Sequence record: MT612989.1
Reading direction: 5' to 3' (one strand)
DNA length: 64,000 nt
Part shown: positions 1-12,613 of the stretch, one piece after another
Position numbering within the stretch: the stretch's first letter is position 1
Layout: every line of letters begins with the position of its first letter
Notes under the pieces: model-generated
The model's database searches: none
What the model was told of the DNA's origin: nothing
The model's input: the letters and a program-made list of their open reading frames with translations, nothing else
Translations under genes and position numbers: made by a program

Positions 1-677
1 GCATCTTTCGGAATTCTGAATGATGATTGTGAGCGAGAAGAACCACTCATCCATGACGGCATTTTGTAATCAGATTGCTTGTAAACGTAATACTCAAGCG
101 TGCCCTTTACAACTTCAACACCATCAATAGTCTCTTTTTGAATTTCGCGAACTAGTTCCATTTTTGTCGGGTCTAGTGGGCGCAACTCAATGATATTATC
201 TTCTTTGTCTAGAATTTTGTGAAAGTAGATTCGAGAATCAACGTACCATTTTCGAAACCACTTGTAGCCGTGCTTACGCATCTGTAGTAAGCCAACCACT
301 CGATCAAATTCTTCGTTAATTTTAGTCTTGATATTTTCTGAGAAGTCAGTGTTGTCTAAGTTCAACCACACAACTTCTTTATCGTTTTCATAAACGATAG
401 CTTCATCGACGATTTCTTGAATAGCATCATCGACTTCGTGATATTCTGCTAGTGCTCGATATCCCTTTATCAACTCTTTTACGGGTACTGTCCCTTGAGC
501 AGATTGACCGTCAGTCGGGATAAAGTTAGTTCCCATTTGAGGTGCTAATAAGTTAGTATGAATCTCTTTAGCACCATCTACGTTATCTGGCGCAGAAAAC
601 GAACGGACAGGGTTTTTATCGATTTGTTGTATTTCCTGTTCTTCTTCTTTCGCCCAGAATTTCATAAACTCTAACAT
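1..677 (-). CDS. gp20: Portal vertex protein, N-terminal part (runs off window edge)
   Basis: Read manually from ATG at 677: MLEFMKFW...SFSAPDNVDGAKE...YRALAEYHEVDDAIQEIVDEAIV...FRKWYVDSRIYFHK, typical T4 portal motifs; follows gene 19. Confidence 0.95.
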   Translation of the reverse strand, partial: MLEFMKFWAKEEEQEIQQIDKNPVRSFSAPDNVDGAKEIHTNLLAPQMGTNFIPTDGQSAQGTVPVKELIKGYRALAEYHEVDDAIQEIVDEAIVYENDKEVVWLNLDNTDFSENIKTKINEEFDRVVGLLQMRKHGYKWFRKWYVDSRIYFHKILDKEDNIIELRPLDPTKMELVREIQKETIDGVEVVKGTLEYYVYKQSDYKMPSWMSGSSRSQSSFRIPKD

Positions 678-693
678 ATTTTTACCTCAATAA

Positions 694-711
694 AGGGGCA
701 ATTAAGCCCCT
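694..711 (-). terminator. Hairpin after gene 19
   Basis: AGGGGC/GCCCCT stem, TTTATT after it on the minus strand. Confidence 0.6.
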
Positions 712-716
712 AGTCT

Positions 717-1217
717 TTAGTCCATTGTGAAGTAGTCTAGGCTGAATGTTACTTCAAACGTTTCGATTTCGTTGTTTGAGTCCCAATCAAGCGCAACTTC
801 ACCGACCATTGTTGGGAAGATACCGAATACAGTTGCTGAAGTAGTCGGGTCGCCATTACGGTCTAATTGCGTGATTGTACCAGTACGCTTGTACTGATCT
901 GGCGTCTCACCTGAAATGTCTTTACCTAAGCCTACTGCACGAGCTTGCCATGCCAAGATAGCTTTACGAATGTCGTGATTCTCATCATTGTAAACCGTAA
1001 CGTTCCAATCATCGAAAGTACGATCACCTGCGATGTTGTATTTACGGTTCTGATATGAGACCTCAAGCTTTTCAACGCTGCCCGGTGGCATAGAAGAAGC
1101 TCGACATTGGAATTTAAAATTTTGTCCCAGATACGGAATCTCAACTTCGAACAAGTTTGGACGAGCGAAATCACCGTTACTGAAAGCTCTTTTAATGTTG
1201 TCTACATTAAGTGCCAT
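717..1217 (-). CDS. gp19: Tail tube protein
   Basis: 166 aa; GDFARPNLFEVEIP, GDRTFDDWNVTVYND, LDWDSNNEIETFEVTF match T4 gp19. Confidence 0.96.
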   Translation of the reverse strand: MALNVDNIKRAFSNGDFARPNLFEVEIPYLGQNFKFQCRASSMPPGSVEKLEVSYQNRKYNIAGDRTFDDWNVTVYNDENHDIRKAILAWQARAVGLGKDISGETPDQYKRTGTITQLDRNGDPTTSATVFGIFPTMVGEVALDWDSNNEIETFEVTFSLDYFTMD

Positions 1218-1268
1218 TTTCTCTTACCTTATTATTTAGAGGGGCTAAAAAGCCCCTCGTGATTGCTC

Positions 1269-3284
1269 TTAGCCGATGATTTCTGCAAAGTCAGCGTCAG
1301 TTGACGTTGCTACGAAGTTCAGCGTAATGTAGTTGATTGACTTAGCAGGTTTCACGTAGATACTTGCTACAAACTCGTTTCTGTCGATGACAGACCCTGG
1401 GTTGTTTGTCTCATCACATACAACACGGAAATCGTAAATACCGCCTAGATCTTGAATGTTAGTCAAGTAAGCGTCGATTTCTGATTTGAAGCTTGAGCGT
1501 GTGAACTCATCGTTCAATTCGAATAGACGATACTTAGCAGCATCTGAGATCGCTTTCTTCAGCAAGTTGAACAGACGACGCACGTTAATGCGGTCAAATG
1601 CACTTGCTTGCTGTGTAGCAGTCTTATCACCGTATAGTACGAAGCCTTGACCTGCAAAGCCCACTACAGGGTTAATACCGATTTGATATAGCGCATCACG
1701 GTGAGCACGACGTAGATCAACTGCTAGACGGTTTACGCCCTTGATTTGACCACGATTGAAGCCCGCTGGTGACATCCAAGGTTGAGAAACTTGGTCAGTG
1801 TAAGCACATAGACCTGCAATATCACCCGCTAGAGGAACCCAACGATTGCGATCTGAGTACTTGTCGTACTGATACTTATAGTTACCGTCAACCACTGCAT
1901 AAGTCGTGCTTACGTTTAGATTGTCAGTTACAGGTTGACCGTTAGTCGGGTCGATACCCGTGCGCCAGCCTTGAATATTCGCTACTGCAACATGCGCTTG
2001 TTTGTTGATTACGTGAACACCCGGTGGCGATACGAAAACAACACAGTCTTGACGTACATTACCAACTGAGTCAATCGCGTATTTCTGAACAGTCGATGCA
2101 ATTGATAGCTCTTCTGCCGCAGCATTACCCGCAATGATCAAGTTTGTGTAAAGCACTTCTGGGTCAGATAGCATATCTAGACCAAGCATCCAGTCGTCTG
2201 CGCCAGCGTTAGCGTCGTAACCACCACCAAGATTGTATGCACCTGAGCCAGTATTCCAACCCTCTGCTATCGCAGTGATGTACGCAGAACCGCTATTTTC
2301 AAAGTACTCGTCGATGAAAATAGATTGACCGTTCACGTCTTTGTCACCTGGGTTCGTAGAAACGATGAACGCTTCTTCAACTTCACCAGATACGCGAACA
2401 ATTACAGCGTATTGGTTGCTGTTTGCAGGGCCGAAAGTGAAGTAACTAGCTAGGTTGATTGAACGAGTACCACCATCTGGGTAGATTGGTAGATCGATGT
2501 CACCTAGTGTATGACCAGCCGCGAATGCAAATGCAGTCTGATAGTCAGCGTAGTTAATCACTTCAACAGAAATGTTGTCACCGTAGCTACCAACATAACG
2601 TGCAGCAATACGAGAGAAACCTTGCTTCTCGATTAGATCAGCATATTTCAGTGCACCGCCTTCAGTTTCAATCTCTGTTAACGCGCCTGTTGACAATTCG
2701 ATATTAGGGAAGTATACTGAACCAGTATCGATAATTTCAATCGCAGAAAGTGCAATATCACCTTGAGTTGGTTGTAGTGTAACTGTACCCACGCCCGGGT
2801 AGTTCCCGTCAGCTTTAGCAGCCGCAACGATCTCTGCCGAAGGCAAGAAAATCTTAGTTGCTGCGTTGTTGTTACCCGCATCTACTTCAAGTACTTTACC
2901 TTTTTCAGTAAGCGGACCAACACCTGAGTAAGTAATCGTGATTTCATCACCAACAACACAGCCGTTTGATGCACCTAGCGTGTATTCAACAGCGTTGTAT
3001 AATGCAGTCGCGTTCTGAGCACTTGACTCATCACAGATACGCACTAGACGTAGATCGTTACCATACTTCAAGAAGTTGTTCGCAGTCATGAATGATGCTG
3101 CGGTATAGTCGTTTGGACGACCGAAAATAGTAACCAAGTCGGACTCTGAAGTTACTTGAGTGATGCTGTATGCTGGACCCCACTCAAATTTCCCCACCAT
3201 AGCAGCACGCCCTGTAGACGCACGACCGATAGCACTTGCAAGGTTAATCTCTTTATTTTCGACACCCGGAGATAAAAGAGTCAT
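1269..3284 (-). CDS. gp18: Tail sheath protein
   Basis: 671 aa; MTLLSPGVENKE, GKFEWGP, WMSPAG, FDRINVRRLF, KPAKSINYITLNF. Confidence 0.97.
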   Translation of the reverse strand: MTLLSPGVENKEINLASAIGRASTGRAAMVGKFEWGPAYSITQVTSESDLVTIFGRPNDYTAASFMTANNFLKYGNDLRLVRICDESSAQNATALYNAVEYTLGASNGCVVGDEITITYSGVGPLTEKGKVLEVDAGNNNAATKIFLPSAEIVAAAKADGNYPGVGTVTLQPTQGDIALSAIEIIDTGSVYFPNIELSTGALTEIETEGGALKYADLIEKQGFSRIAARYVGSYGDNISVEVINYADYQTAFAFAAGHTLGDIDLPIYPDGGTRSINLASYFTFGPANSNQYAVIVRVSGEVEEAFIVSTNPGDKDVNGQSIFIDEYFENSGSAYITAIAEGWNTGSGAYNLGGGYDANAGADDWMLGLDMLSDPEVLYTNLIIAGNAAAEELSIASTVQKYAIDSVGNVRQDCVVFVSPPGVHVINKQAHVAVANIQGWRTGIDPTNGQPVTDNLNVSTTYAVVDGNYKYQYDKYSDRNRWVPLAGDIAGLCAYTDQVSQPWMSPAGFNRGQIKGVNRLAVDLRRAHRDALYQIGINPVVGFAGQGFVLYGDKTATQQASAFDRINVRRLFNLLKKAISDAAKYRLFELNDEFTRSSFKSEIDAYLTNIQDLGGIYDFRVVCDETNNPGSVIDRNEFVASIYVKPAKSINYITLNFVATSTDADFAEIIG

Positions 3285-3321
3285 TTATTTTTCCTTACCA
3301 TTAAGTTGTTTGTTCATTTAA

Positions 3322-3329
3322 TATTTATA
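3322..3329 (-). promoter_or_regulatory. T4-type late promoter TATAAATA for gene 18
   Basis: Exact TATAAATA on the minus strand, 38 nt upstream of gene 18 start. Confidence 0.85.
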
Positions 3330-3330
3330 A

Positions 3331-5641
<2,311 letters not shown>

Positions 5642-5751
5642 ACGTTCCTCTCTAAAACGCTCTGTGAGCGTTTTTCAATAATATGAGTACAAACACTCAA
5701 TACAATAGACAAACGCTGCGTACGTTAAGCACACAGCGATATAAACAGGTA

Positions 5752-6300
5752 TTAAGCGTCAGTGTCTCCACGAACAGTAATAGTTGCAGTTTCTAATGCT
5801 GCATCTGCACCTGCATTGATAGTACGTCTAACCCAAATTGCTCGATATTCGCCTGCTGCTAAATTACCGATATCAAGCCCAGATTCGAATGTCGAATGTT
5901 CACCGAAAATAACTGTTGACAATTCAGTACCCGAATCAACTTCGTCATCTAGAGTGATAAGAGAATCAACGCCGTTAAGCGCCACTGGGTCTAGACCTAG
6001 CTCGATAGTAGAATCTGCCGATGCTGTATTGGCAGACATATACACCATTGCATCATACAAAGTTAGCGATGGGTGGTTATTTTTGACGTAAATTAAGCGA
6101 TACTCAACACGACCTGAAGAAGCTTCAGATGAAGGTACCGCATCGAAAAGATCATGAACTTGACCTGAAACTAGCTCGGTAGCACTGATACCACCACCCA
6201 GTGAATCAACTTCTTGATCGTTTGTGTTGCCGTTTCCCGGCGAAGCCGCAACTACGTGCAGACTTTTATTAAATCTTAAATCACCTGTTACGATAGGCAT
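5752..6300 (-). CDS. Hypothetical late (probably virion) protein between genes 15 and 16
   Basis: 182 aa acidic beta-rich ORF; late-promoter-like CTAAATA at about 6334-6340. Confidence 0.75.
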   Translation of the reverse strand: MPIVTGDLRFNKSLHVVAASPGNGNTNDQEVDSLGGGISATELVSGQVHDLFDAVPSSEASSGRVEYRLIYVKNNHPSLTLYDAMVYMSANTASADSTIELGLDPVALNGVDSLITLDDEVDSGTELSTVIFGEHSTFESGLDIGNLAAGEYRAIWVRRTINAGADAALETATITVRGDTDA

Positions 6301-6352
6301 GATTTCTCTCCAAAAAGATAAGGACGGTCTTCATATTTAGAAGACCACCATA

Positions 6353-7414
6353 TTAGTTTTCAATGTTGTACGTCACGTCAGTAGAGCTAATGACAGCTTC
6401 ACGAGAATGATCCCAAACTACACCGTACGAGGCGCCCACTTCATCTCTGTTATACCAGTAGATGTTATAATCGCTATCAATTGTAGAGCGAGTAGACCAA
6501 TCAAATTCACTCGATGCGCTCACTGAACTATATGTCGAATACTCAACATCAATATTACCGCTCGTGCTAAATCGTCTCGACCAATCAACATCAAGGTCGC
6601 TACTTATATCACTACGTATATTCCAATCAACATCGTATGATGATTCGATTCTATATCGCCAGCTAATTGAACTAGCAGCATCGACTTGAGAACGAACGCT
6701 CCAATCAATGTCACATGAACTAGAAACAACTTCACGTTCTGCATGAATGATTGATTGCTCTTCGTCTTGGAAGTTCAAGTAAATCGTTCTAATCTCACCG
6801 AACTGAGCATTTGTAGGTGGGTATAACCAACCTTTAAGACGCAAGTTCAATGTCCATTCGATATGTCGCATATCGCCAGCCGCGCCTTCAAATGTCGCTT
6901 CGGGTACGGCTGATTCTAATATAATAGGAATATCACGCTCATCTACTACAACCTCATTTTCATCAAGCTCTTTAATCATAGTGTTAAATTGCGGTTGAAA
7001 ATAAGGAAGTATTTGTTCTATAATTTGAAATGCATCATCTTGATGACGTGTATAAACACTGACTTCAAATTCAAAGTCGTAAGGGACTGAGTTAAAGAGC
7101 TTATTCGATTTAGGTCGATCACCCGTATAATCACGTGTCAGCTTACGGTTTGAAACGTTAGTTTTTCTCGTCGCGTCATAAGTACACGACACCATGTCCA
7201 AGCCAATTCTTGGTAGCAGCGTAGCTACATTCGCTACGCTACCGTCGCCGTTAAGCTCTTGACTATTCAAAGATGCAACGAATTGCTCCTTTGAAGAAAC
7301 TGTAATTGGCACCTTTCTATACGCATCTCCGCGAGATACGTATATGTTAGAGAACAAGTTTCCCATCAAGAGAACGTATTTGCGTATCGATCTGTGATAG
7401 AAATACCCTTTCAC
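6353..7414 (-). CDS. gp15: Tail sheath stabiliser/tail terminator with C-terminal repeat extension
   Basis: YFYHRSIRKYVLLMGNLFS, QIIEQILPYFQPQFN, KGWLYPP; GTG start. Confidence 0.92.
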   Translation of the reverse strand: MKGYFYHRSIRKYVLLMGNLFSNIYVSRGDAYRKVPITVSSKEQFVASLNSQELNGDGSVANVATLLPRIGLDMVSCTYDATRKTNVSNRKLTRDYTGDRPKSNKLFNSVPYDFEFEVSVYTRHQDDAFQIIEQILPYFQPQFNTMIKELDENEVVVDERDIPIILESAVPEATFEGAAGDMRHIEWTLNLRLKGWLYPPTNAQFGEIRTIYLNFQDEEQSIIHAEREVVSSSCDIDWSVRSQVDAASSISWRYRIESSYDVDWNIRSDISSDLDVDWSRRFSTSGNIDVEYSTYSSVSASSEFDWSTRSTIDSDYNIYWYNRDEVGASYGVVWDHSREAVISSTDVTYNIEN

Positions 7415-7423
7415 GATGCCCCC

Positions 7424-8263
7424 TTAAAAACTGTCAAATGGATTACTGTTATTTACACTAAACCCAACTGGTGCTTCTTGACGTGGGTCTGTTGGTTTAA
7501 CATCACTACCCTGAGGCACAACTTGCTCAGATTCGTAGTATTTTTCAACTTCATCTTCGATTTGAGTAATTTCATCACCCTGCTCGATTCCGATGTCCCA
7601 ACGACCATCAAGTGAATTGATTTTGTCAATATCAATCATTTCGTCAGTATCTTGACCAAAGTTTAAAATGTCGTCAATCGAGTCAACAACTGCGTCTGGC
7701 TTCTCAAGATTGATTTCCTCACCAGAGTATACGAATTTCGTCATTTTCATCTTACGCATAGGCAAAACACCATTCATATACCACGGGTCTTCTCTTTCAA
7801 CCCAACTAATCTCAAATAGACTGTTAGCAAGAGGGAAATATATCAAGTCACCCATTAGCGGTTGATTGCCATCTCCTTGTTGAGCGAACAGTTTTGGGTT
7901 GATACAGACATTCATTTCATCATTAACTTGAAAACCGAACTTACTATACCAATCACCGTCGCCATCCCACCCGTCAAATGATTCAACATACAACGCCATT
8001 CTGAAGTTCTTGGTAAATTTACTCAACGGGTCTTCGCCGAATACAAGATCGACATTTTGCATTTCACGTCGAATGTAAACACATTCAACGCCTCGGTTGA
8101 TGATAGACTCTGCAACAAGCATGTCTGTTAAATTCTGTTCGTTAGTATGATTTACCCAGTTGAAATAAGGGTTGACTAAATGATCATTGTAGATCTTGTC
8201 AAACCCTTTTTGACTTTCCAACTTAGCGAACATACCACCTGTATTGTCGTCGTATGCTCCCAT
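7424..8263 (-). CDS. gp14: Neck protein
   Basis: LVNPYFN, LVAESIINRG, GDLIYFPLANSLFEISWVE; between 13 and 15. Confidence 0.92.
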   Translation of the reverse strand: MGAYDDNTGGMFAKLESQKGFDKIYNDHLVNPYFNWVNHTNEQNLTDMLVAESIINRGVECVYIRREMQNVDLVFGEDPLSKFTKNFRMALYVESFDGWDGDGDWYSKFGFQVNDEMNVCINPKLFAQQGDGNQPLMGDLIYFPLANSLFEISWVEREDPWYMNGVLPMRKMKMTKFVYSGEEINLEKPDAVVDSIDDILNFGQDTDEMIDIDKINSLDGRWDIGIEQGDEITQIEDEVEKYYESEQVVPQGSDVKPTDPRQEAPVGFSVNNSNPFDSF

Positions 8264-8266
8264 AAA

Positions 8267-9193
8267 TCACCCCATGAATACGCCAAGCGGAACGGTCAGT
8301 GACATAAGTTCTTCACGCAAGCGATTCATTTCTTCTTCTGCCTCTGCGTAAATCTCTTTACCGTCTACTGTAATACCACCTGGTAATTGAAGACCTTGGT
8401 GCTTCTTCAGAATCGTACCGTTAAGCTGTTTAACCATAGCAGTAGCCATGTCTTTAACCCAACGCACGGAATATGCATTCTGTTCAGCGAACTGATTAGG
8501 GTTACCGATTGTGTTATTCTGTCTTAGAATCGCATACGGGTCATCCCAACGCTCTTGCGCTGTAGTGTCTTCATATGAACCAATTGTTGCTGCTTTGTTA
8601 CCGATGATACCAGTCGCAGATTCAGAAACTAACAATGCACTAGGAACATATGCTTCGACTACAACAACTTCATTCGGTTGCAAATTGGCATTGATGCGCA
8701 ATTGTTTGTTAACACCATTATACCAGTAATCGTGTTCTGGTGACATTAAGTCCATCATCAAACTTTTGTATGACATCAAGTTCCAATAATCACTTAAACC
8801 ACCACTACCGCCTAACATTCCTTGATGATACGAATTGCATGAACCTTGACCTGCCCCGCCCGCTAGACCTTGTAAAAAGTCGCTGAACCATGAGTATGTC
8901 GCAGTCCCGTCCATTGTGAAGAAGCTACTCTCACCGCGCAAAATTTTTGTGATCGCAGTCGCAGGGATATCAAGATCTATGATACCTGTTTGAGCTTGTT
9001 CTTCAGACAATGAAATGATAGAATATGTTTTGTTCACCCCGTCTGGGTGATATTCAATGTAAAGTTCTAGCGCACGTGAAATGCAGTCGTATATCTGATC
9101 TTCAGATACTTCGACGTTGACAATAGGCGCACCAAGGCGCCTTAAAATCAAATCTTTCATTTCACGAGGCGATGTAGCGTTATACGCTTGCAT
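8267..9193 (-). CDS. gp13: Neck protein
   Basis: LKDLILRRLG-like MKDLILRRLGAPIVNVEV, WVKDMATAMVK, LPGGITVDG. Confidence 0.93.
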   Translation of the reverse strand: MQAYNATSPREMKDLILRRLGAPIVNVEVSEDQIYDCISRALELYIEYHPDGVNKTYSIISLSEEQAQTGIIDLDIPATAITKILRGESSFFTMDGTATYSWFSDFLQGLAGGAGQGSCNSYHQGMLGGSGGLSDYWNLMSYKSLMMDLMSPEHDYWYNGVNKQLRINANLQPNEVVVVEAYVPSALLVSESATGIIGNKAATIGSYEDTTAQERWDDPYAILRQNNTIGNPNQFAEQNAYSVRWVKDMATAMVKQLNGTILKKHQGLQLPGGITVDGKEIYAEAEEEMNRLREELMSLTVPLGVFMG

Positions 9194-9203
9194 AACTTAC
9201 CCC

Positions 9204-10886
9204 TTATACTTTTAGTACAAATGATTCATGGTCGATAGTAACATTAGCCGCTGTACTAGCCAATACTCGAATCTCACTCAAGTCATCTAGATTCGCAACG
9301 TTAGTGATTGTAACTGGAGTAACTTGGTTTGCACGAAGCGTACGTGTTTTCTCGATTGATGAGCTTGTGCCGTTATCATGATCGAAATCAATTCGAATCG
9401 TGATTGTAGTGTTTACTGGTGAAACAACAACCCAATGAATAGACATCGTTTTGCTCAATGATAGACCGTTACGTGTCAATACACCACCTGCATACGTGTA
9501 ACCACTCACGTCTGTCTCAAGATTGAATAAACTGAATACATCTGTAGGTGTAGTTGTCAAATCAACTGTACTCGGAGTATCCGAAGACAATAATGCATGA
9601 TCCAACTGTGCTTCAAGTTCCAGAACACGAGCACGCAATGTACCCACTTCGCTATCACTCTGACCAACTACAGTCAATAGACCGTCAACGTCTGCCTGAG
9701 CAGATTCAACTAAGCCACGGTTTTCTTGAATCGTGTACCATGCAGTAAATTCAACAGGGTTTGTACGCTCACCTAGACTAGACTCAAGCTGTGACACTCT
9801 GTAAGACACTGTGCCAGTTTCTGCGTCAGTAGCCCCTAAACGACCCCACAATCTATTGATATCGTCGTTAAACGTCGATAGACGAGCTTTCATGCTACCC
9901 GAGTACACGTCATCTACTGCGTATGAACCGATATCAGTTGACATTTCAATAAATAAATTAGTAACGGAGCCAATCTGTGCCTGATTATCTGCAATTGTAA
10001 CTTCATTCGCGCTAACGCGATCAAGTAGACCTGTAGTCGGTGTCTCAACTTCCTGTTGTAATAATGCAATATCTGATGCATTGTCTGAAATAGAACTTTC
10101 AGCATCATCAAGACGAAGATACACGGGACGAGCAGGGTCGGCATCTGCCGTTTCACCTAGTTCATCACGAATCTGATCAACAGAACCAACTTGCGAGTTT
10201 TGCTCTAGTTCGTATAAACGACCGTTGATTGAAAGCGGGATTGCGTTCTCGCCAATTTCAGCGTTGATCGTAGCTGTTTTGTTGTACAGATCTTCAATCT
10301 GATATTTTATACCAGTTGGGTTTGTACTAGGCGATGGGTTGCCGTTGACATCGTAGTTGCGGTCATTACCAATACGACGCTTGATGAAATATAGATCTTT
10401 ACGAACTGTATCATTGTTTTCAACTTCGTTTGGAATATCTAGGCTGTTACGAACACCAATATCTGCTTCAACATCTTCGATGCCTTTATGCAGACCTGTT
10501 GCAAGTACGTCAACACTACTCGGTACACCGATGTCATCAATGACGTTAGTCATTTGACCTTCAAGTACATCAATATCAAACTCGTTTTGTGATACACGAG
10601 AACCCAAGTTAGCGTCACCGCCACCTGTCAGTTCATTAACAGTATCAACAAGTTCTTCAATTGCGCTTTGCTGTGCTTTTGTGTTGTAATGAGAGTTTAG
10701 AACGTTTTCTTGAATCTGTACTCCTGCGCGGTTTAATACACCGTCTGAAGTCGTGTCACCAGAAGCACCGTTGATGCTTTCACCGTTCTTAGCCCAATTG
10801 ATTCGAGTCTGATCGGGACGTTGAGAAGGATCTGGTTGACCATTTACATATCTAAGCTCTTCAATGATAGGCTTTTGAATTGTCAT
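9204..10886 (-). CDS. wac: Fibritin (whisker)
   Basis: RINWAKNGE, GVLNRAGVQIQEN N-terminus, segmented coiled coil; position between 12 and 13. Confidence 0.88.
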   Translation of the reverse strand: MTIQKPIIEELRYVNGQPDPSQRPDQTRINWAKNGESINGASGDTTSDGVLNRAGVQIQENVLNSHYNTKAQQSAIEELVDTVNELTGGGDANLGSRVSQNEFDIDVLEGQMTNVIDDIGVPSSVDVLATGLHKGIEDVEADIGVRNSLDIPNEVENNDTVRKDLYFIKRRIGNDRNYDVNGNPSPSTNPTGIKYQIEDLYNKTATINAEIGENAIPLSINGRLYELEQNSQVGSVDQIRDELGETADADPARPVYLRLDDAESSISDNASDIALLQQEVETPTTGLLDRVSANEVTIADNQAQIGSVTNLFIEMSTDIGSYAVDDVYSGSMKARLSTFNDDINRLWGRLGATDAETGTVSYRVSQLESSLGERTNPVEFTAWYTIQENRGLVESAQADVDGLLTVVGQSDSEVGTLRARVLELEAQLDHALLSSDTPSTVDLTTTPTDVFSLFNLETDVSGYTYAGGVLTRNGLSLSKTMSIHWVVVSPVNTTITIRIDFDHDNGTSSSIEKTRTLRANQVTPVTITNVANLDDLSEIRVLASTAANVTIDHESFVLKV

Positions 10887-10927
10887 TTTTTTGTTCCCTT
10901 GTATTGTAAATGAACATAGCTTACTAC

Positions 10928-10935
10928 TATTTATA
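10928..10935 (-). promoter_or_regulatory. Late promoter TATAAATA for wac
   Basis: Exact consensus on minus strand. Confidence 0.85.
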
Positions 10936-11013
10936 GCAATACAAAGAAACAGAGAGGGGAATGTCTTTATGTGTTAATAATAGCAAGCATATTCATGGTA
11001 TTAAACACGTATT

Positions 11014-11091
11014 TAATACTAATCATACTAATACTTCTAATATCACTAAAACCACTAATACTACTAAGATGAGACGGAATTTTTCCGCCTC
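11014..11091 (-). repeat. Six tandem 9-bp TTAG-core repeats plus hairpin (copy 1)
   Basis: Minus strand TTAGTAGTA TTAGTGGTT TTAGTGATA TTAGAAGTA TTAGTATGA TTAGTATTA preceded by GAGGCGGAAAAATTCCGTCTC; second copy at 36963-37040. Confidence 0.85.
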
Positions 11092-11117
11092 TTGGCATTT
11101 CTTCGCTGCGCTAATAC

Positions 11118-11145
11118 AAAAAAGGGTGAGAAATCAATCTCACCC
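11118..11145 (-). terminator. Rho-independent terminator after short tail fibre genes
   Basis: GGGTGAGA/TCTCACCC stem, T tract on minus strand. Confidence 0.8.
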
Positions 11146-11185
11146 GTTTATTAGCATTGACTTTCAAGCTATAATATGCTTGTCT

Positions 11186-12613
11186 TTATGCAGTTCTTTC
11201 CCACATGTAAACAGTATAGTACGGCTGTACGTTATTATGTGGTTGACCACCACCTTCTGGTGATGAGTAATACAAGTAGTTGTCATTATCAGTGCGACCT
11301 GAACCTGGGTTGCTTCTACCATATTCGTATGCAACTCCAAACCCTAGTCCGTTGCCACCGTAAGTCCAACGATCACCCCAACCCGCGTGTTTGTGAGTTG
11401 GCATTGTTTCTTCAGTTAAGATAACTTCGTATTCACCACCTGTTTGTCTTACGTTGAATGTTCTACCACCATGTGTACCTTCAGATACAAGCACGCGACC
11501 TTCTGCAATTCTAGACCATGTTCCGCCGAATAGCGTAGCTGGTGATGTAGATTCAAGTGACATGTAAATAGCACCAACAGGGTACATATTCAACATAGCT
11601 GATGATTCAATCAGACCATTTGTCATTAACTGAGTACCACTTACAGATTGAACATCGTCGATTTTCAATGTACCAGTTACTGTCCCGCCTGAAACCCCAA
11701 TCTTTTCATTATTCAACTTATAACCCATTGCAGCACTTAGTGCTTGAGTCGCGTCGTTTGTTGTTAGATTGTTTGCAAGTTTCGCAACACCAACACGTGA
11801 GCTAGTCGCAGTGAATAAATCTAATGTACCGACTGTGACTGCATGGTCATTAGATGTACGCGCATTTGCAACTGTTGAGTTCGGTAGATAGAAACCTGCC
11901 TTTCTCGTAGTTGTCGCTGTGCGTTCATTGAATCGATACGGTGAAATTGCTAGATTGTTTTCTGATGCTGATGTGCTGTTTACTTCAGTTGCATTTGCTA
12001 ATCGAATCAACCCTTTCGTCGTTTCTGTAGCATCTGATGCGGTAGTATTCGCCCACACGTCAAGCATTTCTTTAACTCTCTGAGGAGTCATCGCTACGCT
12101 ATTAGATAATGTACCAGTCGTCGTTGCTTGTGCATATGTCGCTAGCCGTACAGCACCCGGCGAAGATTCAGTTGCATAGAAACGAGTATTCAACGCGTAG
12201 TTCAATGTTTTAAGCGTGAATGCATGTTTCTGTGCTTCTTCTACTGCGGCTGTCGGGTCAATGTTATCAATCGTGCTGTTTGTAATCAGCTTCACAAAAC
12301 CGTATTGAAGTTCTGTTGCAGTCGCGTGATTTTCCATCCAATAATTTAATGCAGATGGTGTCACCGCGCTTGTGTTATTAAGCTCATCTGCGACTGCTGC
12401 ATTATCACTTAACAATGTAATACCCGCGACAGATGTTGATGCTATAGGGTAATCGGGTAATGGTTGAAGTGCATGAGCTTGTACAAGCTCAAGACACGTT
12501 TGGAGATCGTTATTACCCCCAGTAAGACCATCAAAGGAAGTACCTTCGACTTCAACTGTAACCGTACCCGCATCGTCAATCACGTGATTGAAAATTTGAG
12601 TTCCTTTGCTCAT
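11186..12613 (-). CDS. gp12: Short tail fibre, paralogue 2
   Basis: gp12-like N-terminus, A(T/S)xxxxGxxxL(A/S) repeats, YPVGAIY collar motif, HKH and HNNVQPY tip. Confidence 0.85.
   Translation of the reverse strand: MSKGTQIFNHVIDDAGTVTVEVEGTSFDGLTGGNNDLQTCLELVQAHALQPLPDYPIASTSVAGITLLSDNAAVADELNNTSAVTPSALNYWMENHATATELQYGFVKLITNSTIDNIDPTAAVEEAQKHAFTLKTLNYALNTRFYATESSPGAVRLATYAQATTTGTLSNSVAMTPQRVKEMLDVWANTTASDATETTKGLIRLANATEVNSTSASENNLAISPYRFNERTATTTRKAGFYLPNSTVANARTSNDHAVTVGTLDLFTATSSRVGVAKLANNLTTNDATQALSAAMGYKLNNEKIGVSGGTVTGTLKIDDVQSVSGTQLMTNGLIESSAMLNMYPVGAIYMSLESTSPATLFGGTWSRIAEGRVLVSEGTHGGRTFNVRQTGGEYEVILTEETMPTHKHAGWGDRWTYGGNGLGFGVAYEYGRSNPGSGRTDNDNYLYYSSPEGGGQPHNNVQPYYTVYMWERTA

Noticed and set aside
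11014-11067. 9-bp arrays as CRISPR or coding repeats
   Set aside because: No spacers or cas genes; units too short; the overlapping 100-aa and 67-aa ORFs lack RBS and look like by-products.
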